Positions 38,325 to 48,050 of a stretch of DNA of 64,000 nucleotides are shown here, piece after piece. A program made the position numbers and the translations under genes. Origin of the DNA: Candidatus Latescibacterota bacterium (GTDB lineage: Bacteria; Latescibacterota; UBA2968). How positions within the stretch are numbered: the stretch's first letter is position 1; each line of letters starts with the position of its first letter. The notes under the pieces were generated by a model. It saw only the letters and a list, made by a program, of their open reading frames with translations. It searched no databases and had not been told where the DNA came from. The DNA lies in NCBI GenBank assembly GCA_965208125.1, contig OZ242320.1, positions 32,001 to 96,000 on the forward strand, in the 5' to 3' direction.

Positions 38325-40461
38325 CTTAGGCCCCGAGCAAGACTTTGCTATCGACAACTGTCTTTCTATCTACGAGGACCACGAGGGGTATTTGTGGTTT
38401 GGCGGCGGCACTGGCCTGTTCCGCTACGATGGACAAAAAATAGAAAAAACGGAAATAGCGACAGGCTTAGGCGAAAAGAGTATCAGCACAATTACCCAGG
38501 ACGCACAGGGACAATTCCTTTTTGGTCATTGGGAAAGCGGCACGCCAATAAATAGAGAAGATTTTCTTATCAGTCCATTAAAGCTCATTTACCAGCAAGG
38601 AGAGCAGTTCCAAACCATTTTTGTGGAGAAAGAAAAAAAAGATGCTTTTAGTCACATTAGTCGCATCGGTACTGTGATTGTCGGACGCACGGGCGAGGTC
38701 TGGTTCCATCTGGCCTACCATAATTTCTCCGACACCGACAAGGGCTTCGCGCGCTGGCATCCCAAAGATGGGCTCAAATTTTATGGACTTGAAGATGGGC
38801 TGATAGACGATAGGGTCACCGATCTTTTGGAAGACCATCAGGGAAACCTGTGGATCGCTACTCAGAGTGGTCTGGCTTGCTTTGATGGTAGCAACTTTCA
38901 GGCCTTCACGATTGAAGATGGCTTGCCGAACAATCGCATCCGTTGTCTGTTCGAGGATTCGCGAGGACACCTCTGGCTCGGTACAGACGGGGGTGTGGTT
39001 CACTACGATGGTCAGCATTTCCAAACGATCAAGTCACCGTACATAGGACTGGTTTGCAAGATACTCGAAGATCGCGATGGAAATTTCTGGTTTGGCACTG
39101 CGCTGGGTTCTATCATACGCTACCGTCAGCGGCAAACGCCGCCACAGATTCGCCTGCTTCGGGTGATTGCCGATAAGGTCTATGAGAACTCGAAGGAAGT
39201 CATTGTATCCACGGCAGGACAGCAGGTGATTTTCGAGTACAAAGGCATGAGTTTTTCCACCCATCCCCGCGACATGCTCTATGTTTACTGCCTGAAGGGA
39301 CACGATTCTGACTGGCAGCCTGCGGCGCGAAAGATGAGGGCACATTATCGAAACCTACCACCTGGAGACTACACCTTTCAGGTCAGAGCGATAGATCACG
39401 ACCTCAATGATTCGGAGGTAGCGCAGGTGCGACTCTCGTTAGAGCCTGACCCACGTATCGAAGCATTTACGGACGTAATCAACCGTCGTGGAAGCCAAAA
39501 GTTTATTGGTCACAGCGCGGCACTGCGCCAGTTTCAAATCAACCTTGAAAAAATTGCATCTACCAATATAACCGTGTTGATTCTGGGCGAAACGGGTGTG
39601 GGCAAGGGACTGGCAACACGGGCGCTACATGCGCTGAGTACCCATAGCGAGGGGCCTTTTATAGAGGTCAGTTGCGGCGCACTGCCCGAGGCATTGATCG
39701 ATAGCGAACTTTTTGGTCACGAGAGAGGGGCGTTTACCACTGCAGTTTCCCACAGATTGGGCAGGGTGGAACTGGCGAAGGGTGGCACACTCTTTTTAGA
39801 TGAGATTGGCGATATGGCTCTTGAAACGCAGGTCAAGCTGTTGCGCTTGCTGGAAGAGGGCACATTTGAGCGCGTTGGGAGCAGCGAGACACTGACGGCG
39901 CAGACGCGCATTGTGGCAGCGACCAATCGCGACTTAAAGGAGATGGTCAGCACAGGTGATTTTCGCGAGGATCTCTATTACCGTCTCAATGCCTTTCTGA
40001 TGTATTTGCCACCGCTGCGCGAGCGCAAAGAGGATATACCGGAGTTGGCCGAGTATTTCAAGGATCGCCTATCAGCACATATAGGCAAGCAAATAGACCC
40101 CTTGGCACCAGAAATTATCGAAGTATTGCAAGCCTACGATTGGCCTGGGAACGTGCGTGAATTAGAGCATACCATACAGCGGGCAGTCATCTTGTGTCCT
40201 GATTCTCAAATCGGAGTGGAGGATCTGGGACTGTATGGTTCCCGAATCAACGATAGGGAGCAACGGGCCTTATCCGCTTCTCAAGACCGCCCAATAGTGC
40301 CCTTGAATGAATTTGAACGCCGCTACATCCTCGACGTGCTCAAAACCACTAAATATCAGATAAAGGGTCCTGAAGGCGCGGCGACATTGCTGGGAGTACC
40401 GCCTTCTACCCTGTATGGAAAAATGAAAAAACTGGGCATCAAAAATCGAAAATCAAAGTAG
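38325..40461 (+). pseudogene. 5'-truncated beta-propeller/Y_Y_Y-domain sigma54-type AAA+ activator
   Basis: Frame is open from about 38320 with no ATG or RBS and starts mid-repeat (IYEDHEGYLWFG). EDxxGxLW repeats, YRNLPPGDYTFQVRA, GETGVGK, GAFTTA, FLDEIG, WPGNVREL, Fis-type HTH. Confidence 0.7.
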
Positions 40462-40462
40462 A

Positions 40463-41419
40463 TTATATATTATCGCGAATCTTTTCCCAAACAGTCGCCG
40501 CGGCGTGGACATCTTGAATCGCCAGACCGCTCGAATACGCAATACATCCCTGTCCGCGCAAATGTTCTAAATGTCCCAATGCTGCATGCCCGATATTTAA
40601 TATCTCATCCCCCTCGCCTTTTACCCAGCGGGGCGTCTCATCTCTCTGGCACAACGCGAGAAACTCGCCCGACTTCAACACCTGCTCGCCGTGATCGGGC
40701 ACCACAAATCGCCGCGTCAACAATCCCGGATCCAATTGCGTGGAACGCCCATCGCCTCCAATCACAGAAATATGCACATGGCTTTTCACATCGAATAAAA
40801 TCGGCTCAGGCGTCGGCACAGAAGTAAAAATGGCATCTGCCCCATCAATACAGGTCTCAATATCCGCGACCACTTCCAGGTCACAGGCAATATCCTCTCC
40901 AACATCTGCTGCATACGCCGCACGCCTCTCTGCTGTCCTGCTCGTTACGCGTATGGTCTCTGGCGCCAGAGCCACATCGATACACCTGCCCATTGCCTGT
41001 GCAATGCGCCCCGTCCCCAGAATCGCCGCCGTGCGTACAGGCGACTTCGCCAAATACTTCGCGCCCAACGCGCCCGCCGCACCCGTACGCATATTGGTAA
41101 TACGCTCGGCATCAAACGCAATACGGTCGCCCCTCCGCACATCCTCCAACTCGATCACAGCAGTTCTCGAACCCAACCTCCCCATCTTGACATCCGAACG
41201 CTCTTCGATAACCTTTTGCCCAGTAAATCTCCCCTTCCACCAGCCCGGCATCACCAGACGAAAAAGATCCATCTCACCCTCGCGCGAAACTTCCTCTTTG
41301 CGCAGCGGACTGACCATTTTTCCAAGACCATAAAGCCGAAACGCCTCGTCGCAACTCTCGACAAAATCCCGCGTTGTCATCACCGAAGCGATTTGCTCAT
41401 CTGAAATATACTGTCTCAT
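40463..41419 (-). CDS. Ornithine cyclodeaminase/mu-crystallin family protein
   Basis: ITNMRTGAAGALGAKYLA, ILGTGRIA, SSGLAIQD. Confidence 0.87.
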   Translation of the reverse strand: MRQYISDEQIASVMTTRDFVESCDEAFRLYGLGKMVSPLRKEEVSREGEMDLFRLVMPGWWKGRFTGQKVIEERSDVKMGRLGSRTAVIELEDVRRGDRIAFDAERITNMRTGAAGALGAKYLAKSPVRTAAILGTGRIAQAMGRCIDVALAPETIRVTSRTAERRAAYAADVGEDIACDLEVVADIETCIDGADAIFTSVPTPEPILFDVKSHVHISVIGGDGRSTQLDPGLLTRRFVVPDHGEQVLKSGEFLALCQRDETPRWVKGEGDEILNIGHAALGHLEHLRGQGCIAYSSGLAIQDVHAAATVWEKIRDNI

Positions 41420-41522
41420 GTATTATCTCCTGATTCGTCTATCCATTGACATTTGTTTTGGGGCGATCTATTTTAGGGATACAGGGATACAATATAATCA
41501 ACTAAACTGGATGAGGTAACGA

Positions 41523-42284
41523 GTGAGATTACTTGCACTCAAAACAGCCTCTCTAATTTTACTTCTTGGGGAGATTTTCATGGCACAACCAACTCATGCC
41601 GATCGCCCAATGTACACTATTTATCGCGCAGGCACACCAATTGTAATTGACGGGCGCCTGAATGAACCCGCATGGGTGGCAGCCCCAGACGTGGGAGCCT
41701 TTGTATTTCCGTGGTACGAATCGGGCAAAAAAGAACAAACCGTAGCCAAAATGCTGTGGGACGACAATAACTTATACGTCTCGTACATCTGTGAAGATGC
41801 ACATATTTGGGCAGAACACACCGCGCGCGATTCCGACGTATGGAAAGACGATACCGTAGAAGTATTCACAGCACCCAATCCCGATCAGCCCCAGGCTTAT
41901 TTTAATATTGAAATGAACGTACTCGGCATCTTTCTCGACCAGTTTCATCCACAAGGTCCCGACGCACCCGTACCCGGCGAGTGGAACGGCGAAGGCATTC
42001 AGGTCAAAACGCAAATCGTCGGCACATTGAACGATGACAGCGACGAAGATGACTACTGGATATTGGAAGCCGCCATACCCTTTGCAAATTTTGCACACAT
42101 CGCCGTACATACCCCCCCCAAAATCGGTGATATCTGGCACTTAAACCTAAATCGCCTGGGCGGAAAAACCAATGAACAATTCAGCCAGTGGTCGGGCAGC
42201 CGCACGCCGGAGCCGCAATTTCATTCACCAGATGATTTTGGGCGGGTAGTATTCTCGGATAAAGCGAGTCCATTCTGGCGATAA
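41523..42284 (+). CDS. Carbohydrate-binding family 9-like (DOMON-like) protein, probably exported
   Basis: PIVIDGRLNEPAW, MLWDDNNLYV, DDTVEVF, WILEAAIPF, FHSPDDFG. Promoter TTGACA-17-TATTTT at 41446-41474. Confidence 0.85.
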   Translation: MRLLALKTASLILLLGEIFMAQPTHADRPMYTIYRAGTPIVIDGRLNEPAWVAAPDVGAFVFPWYESGKKEQTVAKMLWDDNNLYVSYICEDAHIWAEHTARDSDVWKDDTVEVFTAPNPDQPQAYFNIEMNVLGIFLDQFHPQGPDAPVPGEWNGEGIQVKTQIVGTLNDDSDEDDYWILEAAIPFANFAHIAVHTPPKIGDIWHLNLNRLGGKTNEQFSQWSGSRTPEPQFHSPDDFGRVVFSDKASPFWR

Positions 42285-42302
42285 TCGCAAAAGGAGAAAA
42301 AC

Positions 42303-43379
42303 ATGTCACAGACATTGCCATTGCTCGAAGTCAGTGGTTCACCAACTGAGCGAGGTCAGGCGCATGGTGAGACATTTAAGGAACTAATCCGGGACCTTGT
42401 CACCGTCAATTTTGAGGATATGGTTCATGGAACACAGGGCTATCTGACAAAAGAGCGCGTATATGAAATTGTATCCACTTACGCGGGCCCCAACCGCGAC
42501 TATGCACCCCATCTCTTTGAAGAGATGGAAGGGATCGCCGAGGCAGCGGATGTACCAGTAGAAGACCTGCTCGCATTAAACGGCTTTTTAGAATTGCACG
42601 ACTATTATTCCGATGCGTTTATGGTATCGGGTTGCACATCGTTCATGGTTCCGGGAGACACATCGGGCGAAGGCGCATTGATCGCGCAAAATTACGACCT
42701 CTCGTCAATCTATGCAGCGGCAGCAATCTTGATCAAAGTCAAAAACGAACACGCACCCGACGCGCTCTTTTACACATCTGCCGGGATGCTGGGCTGTGCC
42801 GGAGTAAACGATGCGGGCATTGGCGTCGTCATCAACAACCTCGTCCCATCAGACGCATCGGGCGGCGTGCTGTATCCCTTCATCATTCGGCGTATCCTGG
42901 AATCTGTGCGAATCGGAGATGCCATAGATGCAGTGATAGCAAAACCGAGAGCATCGGGTATGAATTACGTAATATGCGATGAAAATGGCGAAATATACGA
43001 CCTTGAAACCACGGCGAGAGAATACGAAGTCATCTGCCCCTTCGATGGCCCCATGGCCCATTCAAATCACTATCTAACAGACCGGCTCAAACCTTTTGAG
43101 CGGCGTCAATGGGATCAACGCGGTCAAAGCATCTTGCGCTGGGGACGTGCGACCAGATTATTAAAATCTTGCGACAAACGCAATGCAGACGCCCTGAAAA
43201 ATATGCTATCAGACCGCGTAAATACCCCCGTGGGAATATGCCGCCACAACGAAATTCACAATGGCGAAGCCTGCGGTCAGACCATTGCCGGCATCGTACT
43301 CGATCCCCCGGGGCGAAAAGCGTGGTTCACCAGAGGACCGACCGGTGAAAACGAGTGGGTTGAATATCGTCTAAACTAA
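42303..43379 (+). CDS. Peptidase C45 / acyl-CoA:6-APA acyltransferase family Ntn hydrolase
   Basis: ERGQAHG, EEMEGIA, GCTS autocleavage site, AQNYD, AHSNH. Confidence 0.88.
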   Translation: MSQTLPLLEVSGSPTERGQAHGETFKELIRDLVTVNFEDMVHGTQGYLTKERVYEIVSTYAGPNRDYAPHLFEEMEGIAEAADVPVEDLLALNGFLELHDYYSDAFMVSGCTSFMVPGDTSGEGALIAQNYDLSSIYAAAAILIKVKNEHAPDALFYTSAGMLGCAGVNDAGIGVVINNLVPSDASGGVLYPFIIRRILESVRIGDAIDAVIAKPRASGMNYVICDENGEIYDLETTAREYEVICPFDGPMAHSNHYLTDRLKPFERRQWDQRGQSILRWGRATRLLKSCDKRNADALKNMLSDRVNTPVGICRHNEIHNGEACGQTIAGIVLDPPGRKAWFTRGPTGENEWVEYRLN

Positions 43380-43399
43380 AAAAAATCCGCATTCCTGTT

Positions 43400-43441
43400 A
43401 AGACCGTTGCGGGAGGTCATCCTCCTGAAACGGTCTTTTTT
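43400..43441 (+). terminator. Intrinsic terminator
   Basis: AAGACCGTT..GGGAGG-tcat-CCTCCT..AACGGTCTT plus T run. Confidence 0.75.
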
Positions 43442-43442
43442 C

Positions 43443-43471
43443 TTGAATAATATACAAATGTGCAGTATATT
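43443..43471 (+). promoter_or_regulatory. sigma70 promoter with LexA-type operator in the spacer
   Basis: TTGAAT, 17 bp, TATATT. TATAC-AAAT-GTGCA at 43451-43464, in the same register as the box at 6980-6993. Confidence 0.7.
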
Positions 43472-43506
43472 TTTTAGAATATTGAAGCGAACGGGAGGCG
43501 GAAGAC

Positions 43507-44280
43507 ATGCCATCATTGCACATTGACGAGACCAGTGTAAGGTCGGTACTCGTGCCTCAAAATTCACCCGGCGAACCCATAACTGAATACACACTCAACC
43601 CCTATTCTGGCTGTGGCATGGGATGTGCCTATTGCTATGTGATGAAGTTCCCATTCGCTTACGAATATCCCAAAGCATGGGGTGAGTGGGTACAGCCAAA
43701 GATGAACGCGCCTTTTTTATTGGGCAAGGCGCGTGCCAAAATTTACGGGCGCAAAATTTTCATGGGATCAGCGACCGACCCCTATCAATACATCGAACGG
43801 AAATATCGATTGAGCCGACGCTGTTTAAAAGTGCTGGTGGATTGCAATCTGAAGGCTCTAACCGTGCATACGCGCAGCCATCTGATTTTGGATGACCTGG
43901 ATTTATTGACACAATTTGGCAGTCGATTGCGGGTGGGATTTTCCGTGCCGACAAATGACGATCGGGTTCGCAAACGCACAGAGCCGAAAGCGCCGAAAAT
44001 CGGCGTGCGTCTCAAAGCAATGAAGCGATTGCGCGAAGCTGGCATTCACGTCACCGCATCGCTCGCGCCAGTACTGTACTGTCAACCGCGCCAATTTGCC
44101 GAACAAATAGCCGAAGCAGCCGACGGGGTATATTTTGGCAAGATGGATTATACGGACAGGACTGGAATAGCTTCCATGCCAAGAGCGCGACGCTATTTTA
44201 ACAGTCTTACATATCGAGAATTGATTGCAGAACTCAAAGCGGAATTGATCAATGTAGGGATGTTGAAAAGCGAAAAGTGA
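43507..44280 (+). CDS. Radical SAM protein, SplB-like DNA-repair associated family
   Basis: LNPYSGCGMGCAYCY (CxxxCxxC), MGSATDPYQ, HTRSHLILDD, TEPKAP. Confidence 0.9.
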   Translation: MPSLHIDETSVRSVLVPQNSPGEPITEYTLNPYSGCGMGCAYCYVMKFPFAYEYPKAWGEWVQPKMNAPFLLGKARAKIYGRKIFMGSATDPYQYIERKYRLSRRCLKVLVDCNLKALTVHTRSHLILDDLDLLTQFGSRLRVGFSVPTNDDRVRKRTEPKAPKIGVRLKAMKRLREAGIHVTASLAPVLYCQPRQFAEQIAEAADGVYFGKMDYTDRTGIASMPRARRYFNSLTYRELIAELKAELINVGMLKSEK

Positions 44281-44287
44281 TTTACCC

Positions 44288-45697
44288 TCATCCCCCTTCA
44301 CTCGCTGCGGTGATAAATCGCCTCTCTCTTTGACTTTTGAGCACCTGCTGTTCAATCTCTTCTGGATCGCCCCAAATTTCCAATAACCGCTCGCGCAGGG
44401 CATCGCGTATCTCTCGGTGTTGTACAGACTCTGACAGATCGTTAAACTCATTCGGATCTTCTGCAATATTGAACAATTCGAGCGGATCTCCCGGGCTCAT
44501 ATTGAGTTTATACTCGCCCTTTTTGAGCATACCCACAGGGTGGATAACACCGTGCGCGAGGTATTCGCAAAAGGCTTCGTCCTTCCACGTCTCAGCCTCA
44601 CCATTGATCAGCGGCAAGAGGCTATCGCCGTCAAGAGGCGCAATATCCATCGAAGCGCCAGTAGCTTCAATTATGGTAGCGACGAGATCAACGAGTGAAA
44701 CATTTTGCGCCACGCGCAACCCCCCTGGAATATGCCCGGGCCAGACAATCTGAAGAGGCACGCGGGAAGACGCTTCATACATATTTGATTTGCGCCACAT
44801 GCCGTGCTCGCCATTCATTTCCCCGTGATCTGAGGTATGCACGATAATCGTATTCTCAAGCTGGCCAGTTTCTTCGAGCGCATCAATGAGTCGGCCTATT
44901 TTTTCGTCCAAATACGTGATAAGTCCGTAATAACCCGAGCGTCCCCTGCGAACGAGTTCTTCGGGAAAGTCGGTCATACCAAACATCAGGCGCAGGCGTT
45001 TGTAAACCGGGTGCATATTTTCCAGATGGCCTTCGGGGATTTCGGGCATATCAATTTGATCCCGCGGATACATGTCCCAGAACCGCCGCGGAACCACAAG
45101 CGGAAAATGGGGTGCAATAAACCCCACATTGATACACCAGGGCTGTCCTTTGCGAGCGGGATCTTTGATATACGCGAGAGCAGCCTCTTCAACCTGATCA
45201 TCAACCTGTATCTCAGTCGTTGTACCTGGCCCCGCTTGTGCAATACCCCCCCAGGGCCTCTTGGCTTCAACAACCCCTGCATCCCAATTGCCCTCGCCAC
45301 GCGGAACACCGTTTTTTGTCCACAATTCCGCATGCAAATCGCGCGCGAGTTGTGTGCGAAAACCGTGCAATTGATCAAGGCCACAAAAGTGCTGCTTGCC
45401 CGATATCACAACATCGTAACCGACATTTCGCAAGCGATGCGCCCACGTAACCGTATCCGACGCCATGGGAAAACCATTGTCATAAGTACCGATGCGATTG
45501 ATATAACGCCCCGTCATAAATGACATGCGCGACGGACCGCAAATCGGCGAATTACAATAGGCATTATCAAACGTAACCCCCATCTCAGCCAGACGATCCA
45601 TATTCGGCGACTGCACCAGTGAATGCCCGTGAATACTGCTGTATTGAGGGGCATGCTCATCAGACATAATAATCAGAATATTGGGCTTATCAGACAT
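44288..45697 (-). CDS. Sulfatase, choline-sulfatase-like
   Basis: KPNILIIMSDEH, ICGPSR, GKQHFCG, TSDHGEM. Confidence 0.92.
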   Translation of the reverse strand: MSDKPNILIIMSDEHAPQYSSIHGHSLVQSPNMDRLAEMGVTFDNAYCNSPICGPSRMSFMTGRYINRIGTYDNGFPMASDTVTWAHRLRNVGYDVVISGKQHFCGLDQLHGFRTQLARDLHAELWTKNGVPRGEGNWDAGVVEAKRPWGGIAQAGPGTTTEIQVDDQVEEAALAYIKDPARKGQPWCINVGFIAPHFPLVVPRRFWDMYPRDQIDMPEIPEGHLENMHPVYKRLRLMFGMTDFPEELVRRGRSGYYGLITYLDEKIGRLIDALEETGQLENTIIVHTSDHGEMNGEHGMWRKSNMYEASSRVPLQIVWPGHIPGGLRVAQNVSLVDLVATIIEATGASMDIAPLDGDSLLPLINGEAETWKDEAFCEYLAHGVIHPVGMLKKGEYKLNMSPGDPLELFNIAEDPNEFNDLSESVQHREIRDALRERLLEIWGDPEEIEQQVLKSQRERRFITAASEGG

Positions 45698-45712
45698 AGA
45701 AACTCCTGTTCT

Positions 45713-46750
45713 TCACGCCGAAATCACATCCGTAGATTCACCGGCTTGATCGGCAAGCGCGGTGTCAAAAATATTTTCAAGTGTACATTGCGGTTCATAT
45801 CCGATGAGCGTGCGCGCCTTACTATTGTCAGACCAATAGACCCACTGCATAGGGACCTCAACCGCGAAAAGGGGAACACCCGTTATATCCGCGAGATACT
45901 CTGCAACCTCGGGAAAAGCGAGCGGCCGATAAATCGGCGCATTAAACGCTTCACCCACTGCAGCGGGATGGTCCAGCGCGCAAATACACGCCCGCGCAGT
46001 ATCGCGTGCATCAGAAGGCGACCACATCCACGGACGCCCCTCGCGATCGGTGACAGCACATGGTTGATCGGGACGCTCGGCGCGGTCGAGCATATCCCGT
46101 GCAATAGCCGCGCCATCCAGATGATAAATACCACTTTCTGGATTATTCACGGCATCGCGGATGCGTCCTGCAACAAACTGAACATTCCAACGTCCAAGCA
46201 CTTCTTTTCCCGCAAACATGCCAGAAGGACGAATAATGGACAATTGAAGATCGTGTCCATTCATATAGCCTTCTGCCATCGCTTCGTTGATATATTTCAG
46301 CGTGCTATAAAGCCCACGCGGGCGTTTGGGATGGATTTCATTCACCGGCTGATAACAGGGCGGAATATGCTGATTGCCCATCGGATAAACCGCGTCGGTA
46401 CTGACATGGACAAACCGGTGGAGTTTATCGGCCAACGGCGCTGCCGCTTCAAAAATATTGTACGTACCCGTAACATTGATCTCGTAAAACGTCTGATTAT
46501 TCATACCGTGCGGTGGACCCAGAATATTTGCCGTATGAACAACCGCATCTATCCCATCCACAATACTGCGACACAACGCCGCATCTCTGAGATCGCCCTC
46601 AACCTTTTCAACATCAAACGGATCAAGCTTAAATTTCTTGGGATCATCGGGAAGAATCAGCGCGCGAACATCATCCCCACGCTCAACCAACTGCTTGACG
46701 ACATTCGCGCCCAAACGCCCCGTAGCACCCGTAACAAGAATTTTGCTCAT
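45713..46750 (-). CDS. NAD-dependent epimerase/dehydratase
   Basis: VTGATGRLG, VSTDAVY, YSTLK. Confidence 0.88.
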   Translation of the reverse strand: MSKILVTGATGRLGANVVKQLVERGDDVRALILPDDPKKFKLDPFDVEKVEGDLRDAALCRSIVDGIDAVVHTANILGPPHGMNNQTFYEINVTGTYNIFEAAAPLADKLHRFVHVSTDAVYPMGNQHIPPCYQPVNEIHPKRPRGLYSTLKYINEAMAEGYMNGHDLQLSIIRPSGMFAGKEVLGRWNVQFVAGRIRDAVNNPESGIYHLDGAAIARDMLDRAERPDQPCAVTDREGRPWMWSPSDARDTARACICALDHPAAVGEAFNAPIYRPLAFPEVAEYLADITGVPLFAVEVPMQWVYWSDNSKARTLIGYEPQCTLENIFDTALADQAGESTDVISA

Positions 46751-46761
46751 AGTTGCCTCTT

Positions 46762-47064
46762 CTATACTTTAGACAAGCGATGTACAACTTCAAATCGCTC
46801 GGACTCAGTCGGCTGTGACCAGAGATCACTTGCGCCACTCATAACGGCTTCCCGCTCGGGGCTGGCGCGCCAGCCCTCGTAGATCTCTTCATTCTCCCAA
46901 ATAACGAGCGTCGTAATCTTAGTCTCGTCGGCGAGAGCGTGAAGCGTCTGACGGCTAACAAATCCGGGAGCCTGACTCTGGGCAATACCATTGCGATTCA
47001 AAAGATCGCGAGCCTCATCAACACAATCATCTTTAGCCCAGTGATGCGTAAGTACGCCGATCAT
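46762..47064 (-). CDS. Antibiotic biosynthesis monooxygenase (ABM) domain protein
   Basis: APGFVSR...LVIWENEEIYEGWRASPE; RBS GGAGG. Confidence 0.8.
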   Translation of the reverse strand: MIGVLTHHWAKDDCVDEARDLLNRNGIAQSQAPGFVSRQTLHALADETKITTLVIWENEEIYEGWRASPEREAVMSGASDLWSQPTESERFEVVHRLSKV

Positions 47065-47109
47065 GGAAACCTCCATTGATCAGGATAAACTTCTATCGGA
47101 TCGTGGCAT

Positions 47110-47133
47110 TCGCGGCAGGGATGCCGCTCCTAC
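47110..47133 (-). repeat. GTAG-family REP-like palindrome
   Basis: GTAG-GAGCGGCA-TCCC-TGCCGC-GA on the minus strand, intergenic. Confidence 0.65.
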
Positions 47134-47150
47134 GGCTTAATTTTCACACT

Positions 47151-48008
47151 TCATACTTCACACTTCTCCCCCGACTCCTGCGACTTCTCGAGCGCCTCGA
47201 GTACGGCAACAGGCGTAAGCATTGAACTATCAGTTTCATCTGTTTCACCCGTACTGAACATGTAACAAAAATCGAGAACACCTGTAAGATACGTATTCTC
47301 ATCGTATCCGATCACGCGATCGGTGCGTCCCTTTTCCCCAATCACAGAAACGTGAAAACCCACACGGCCTTCGCCAATGAGATTCATCGTTGAAATCGCG
47401 CCACTTGCAGAATAAAGCGTCGCAGTGTGATTTTGTTGCCCGCGATTGAGCTGTACCTGTGTAATATCCTGATCGAGCAAGCGCACGACCATATCGACCT
47501 GATGAATACCATAAAAAAAGACACCGCCGTATTCAGAATCAATATCGCAAGGCCCCGTCGAAACAACTGAAATAATGCGCCCGAGTTCTCGAACATCTTC
47601 TTGCAACTGCGCGAAAGATGCCTGCTTGGGCAAAACCGAAAAAGAACACACAGGCACATTGAGTTCACGCGCTCGAGCCAGAAACTCTTTACCTTCGTCG
47701 AGACGATAACAAAACGGCTTATCGACAAAAAGTGGAATTTTAGCCTCCAGCAATGGACGTACCGCAGGCAGGTGATATTTGGGATGGCGATGATCCACAA
47801 TAGCCGCGTCAACCTGTCCGATCAGATCTTCGGGGTCTTCCACAATATTGGGAATCAGCCCTCGATCCTGTGCATCTTGTGCATCGCCCGATGTCTCTCC
47901 CCAAACATGGGTAACACTAAAACCGGGCACGAGTCTATCAATATTAATCGTCTTTGCAATCGCCACCGTATGGCTATTCTCCGCCCCAATAATGCCAATA
48001 GTGGGCAT
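47151..48008 (-). CDS. Gfo/Idh/MocA family oxidoreductase
   Basis: IGIIGAENSH, FVDKPF, FYGIHQVD. Confidence 0.85.
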   Translation of the reverse strand: MPTIGIIGAENSHTVAIAKTINIDRLVPGFSVTHVWGETSGDAQDAQDRGLIPNIVEDPEDLIGQVDAAIVDHRHPKYHLPAVRPLLEAKIPLFVDKPFCYRLDEGKEFLARARELNVPVCSFSVLPKQASFAQLQEDVRELGRIISVVSTGPCDIDSEYGGVFFYGIHQVDMVVRLLDQDITQVQLNRGQQNHTATLYSASGAISTMNLIGEGRVGFHVSVIGEKGRTDRVIGYDENTYLTGVLDFCYMFSTGETDETDSSMLTPVAVLEALEKSQESGEKCEV

Positions 48009-48050
48009 AGTATCGCTCCTTTCGGTTGTCAGTTATCAGCCTGTTTTTTC

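Noticed and set aside
45623-46882. 419-aa plus-strand ORF
   Set aside because: Antisense shadow of the epimerase gene; no recognisable motifs.
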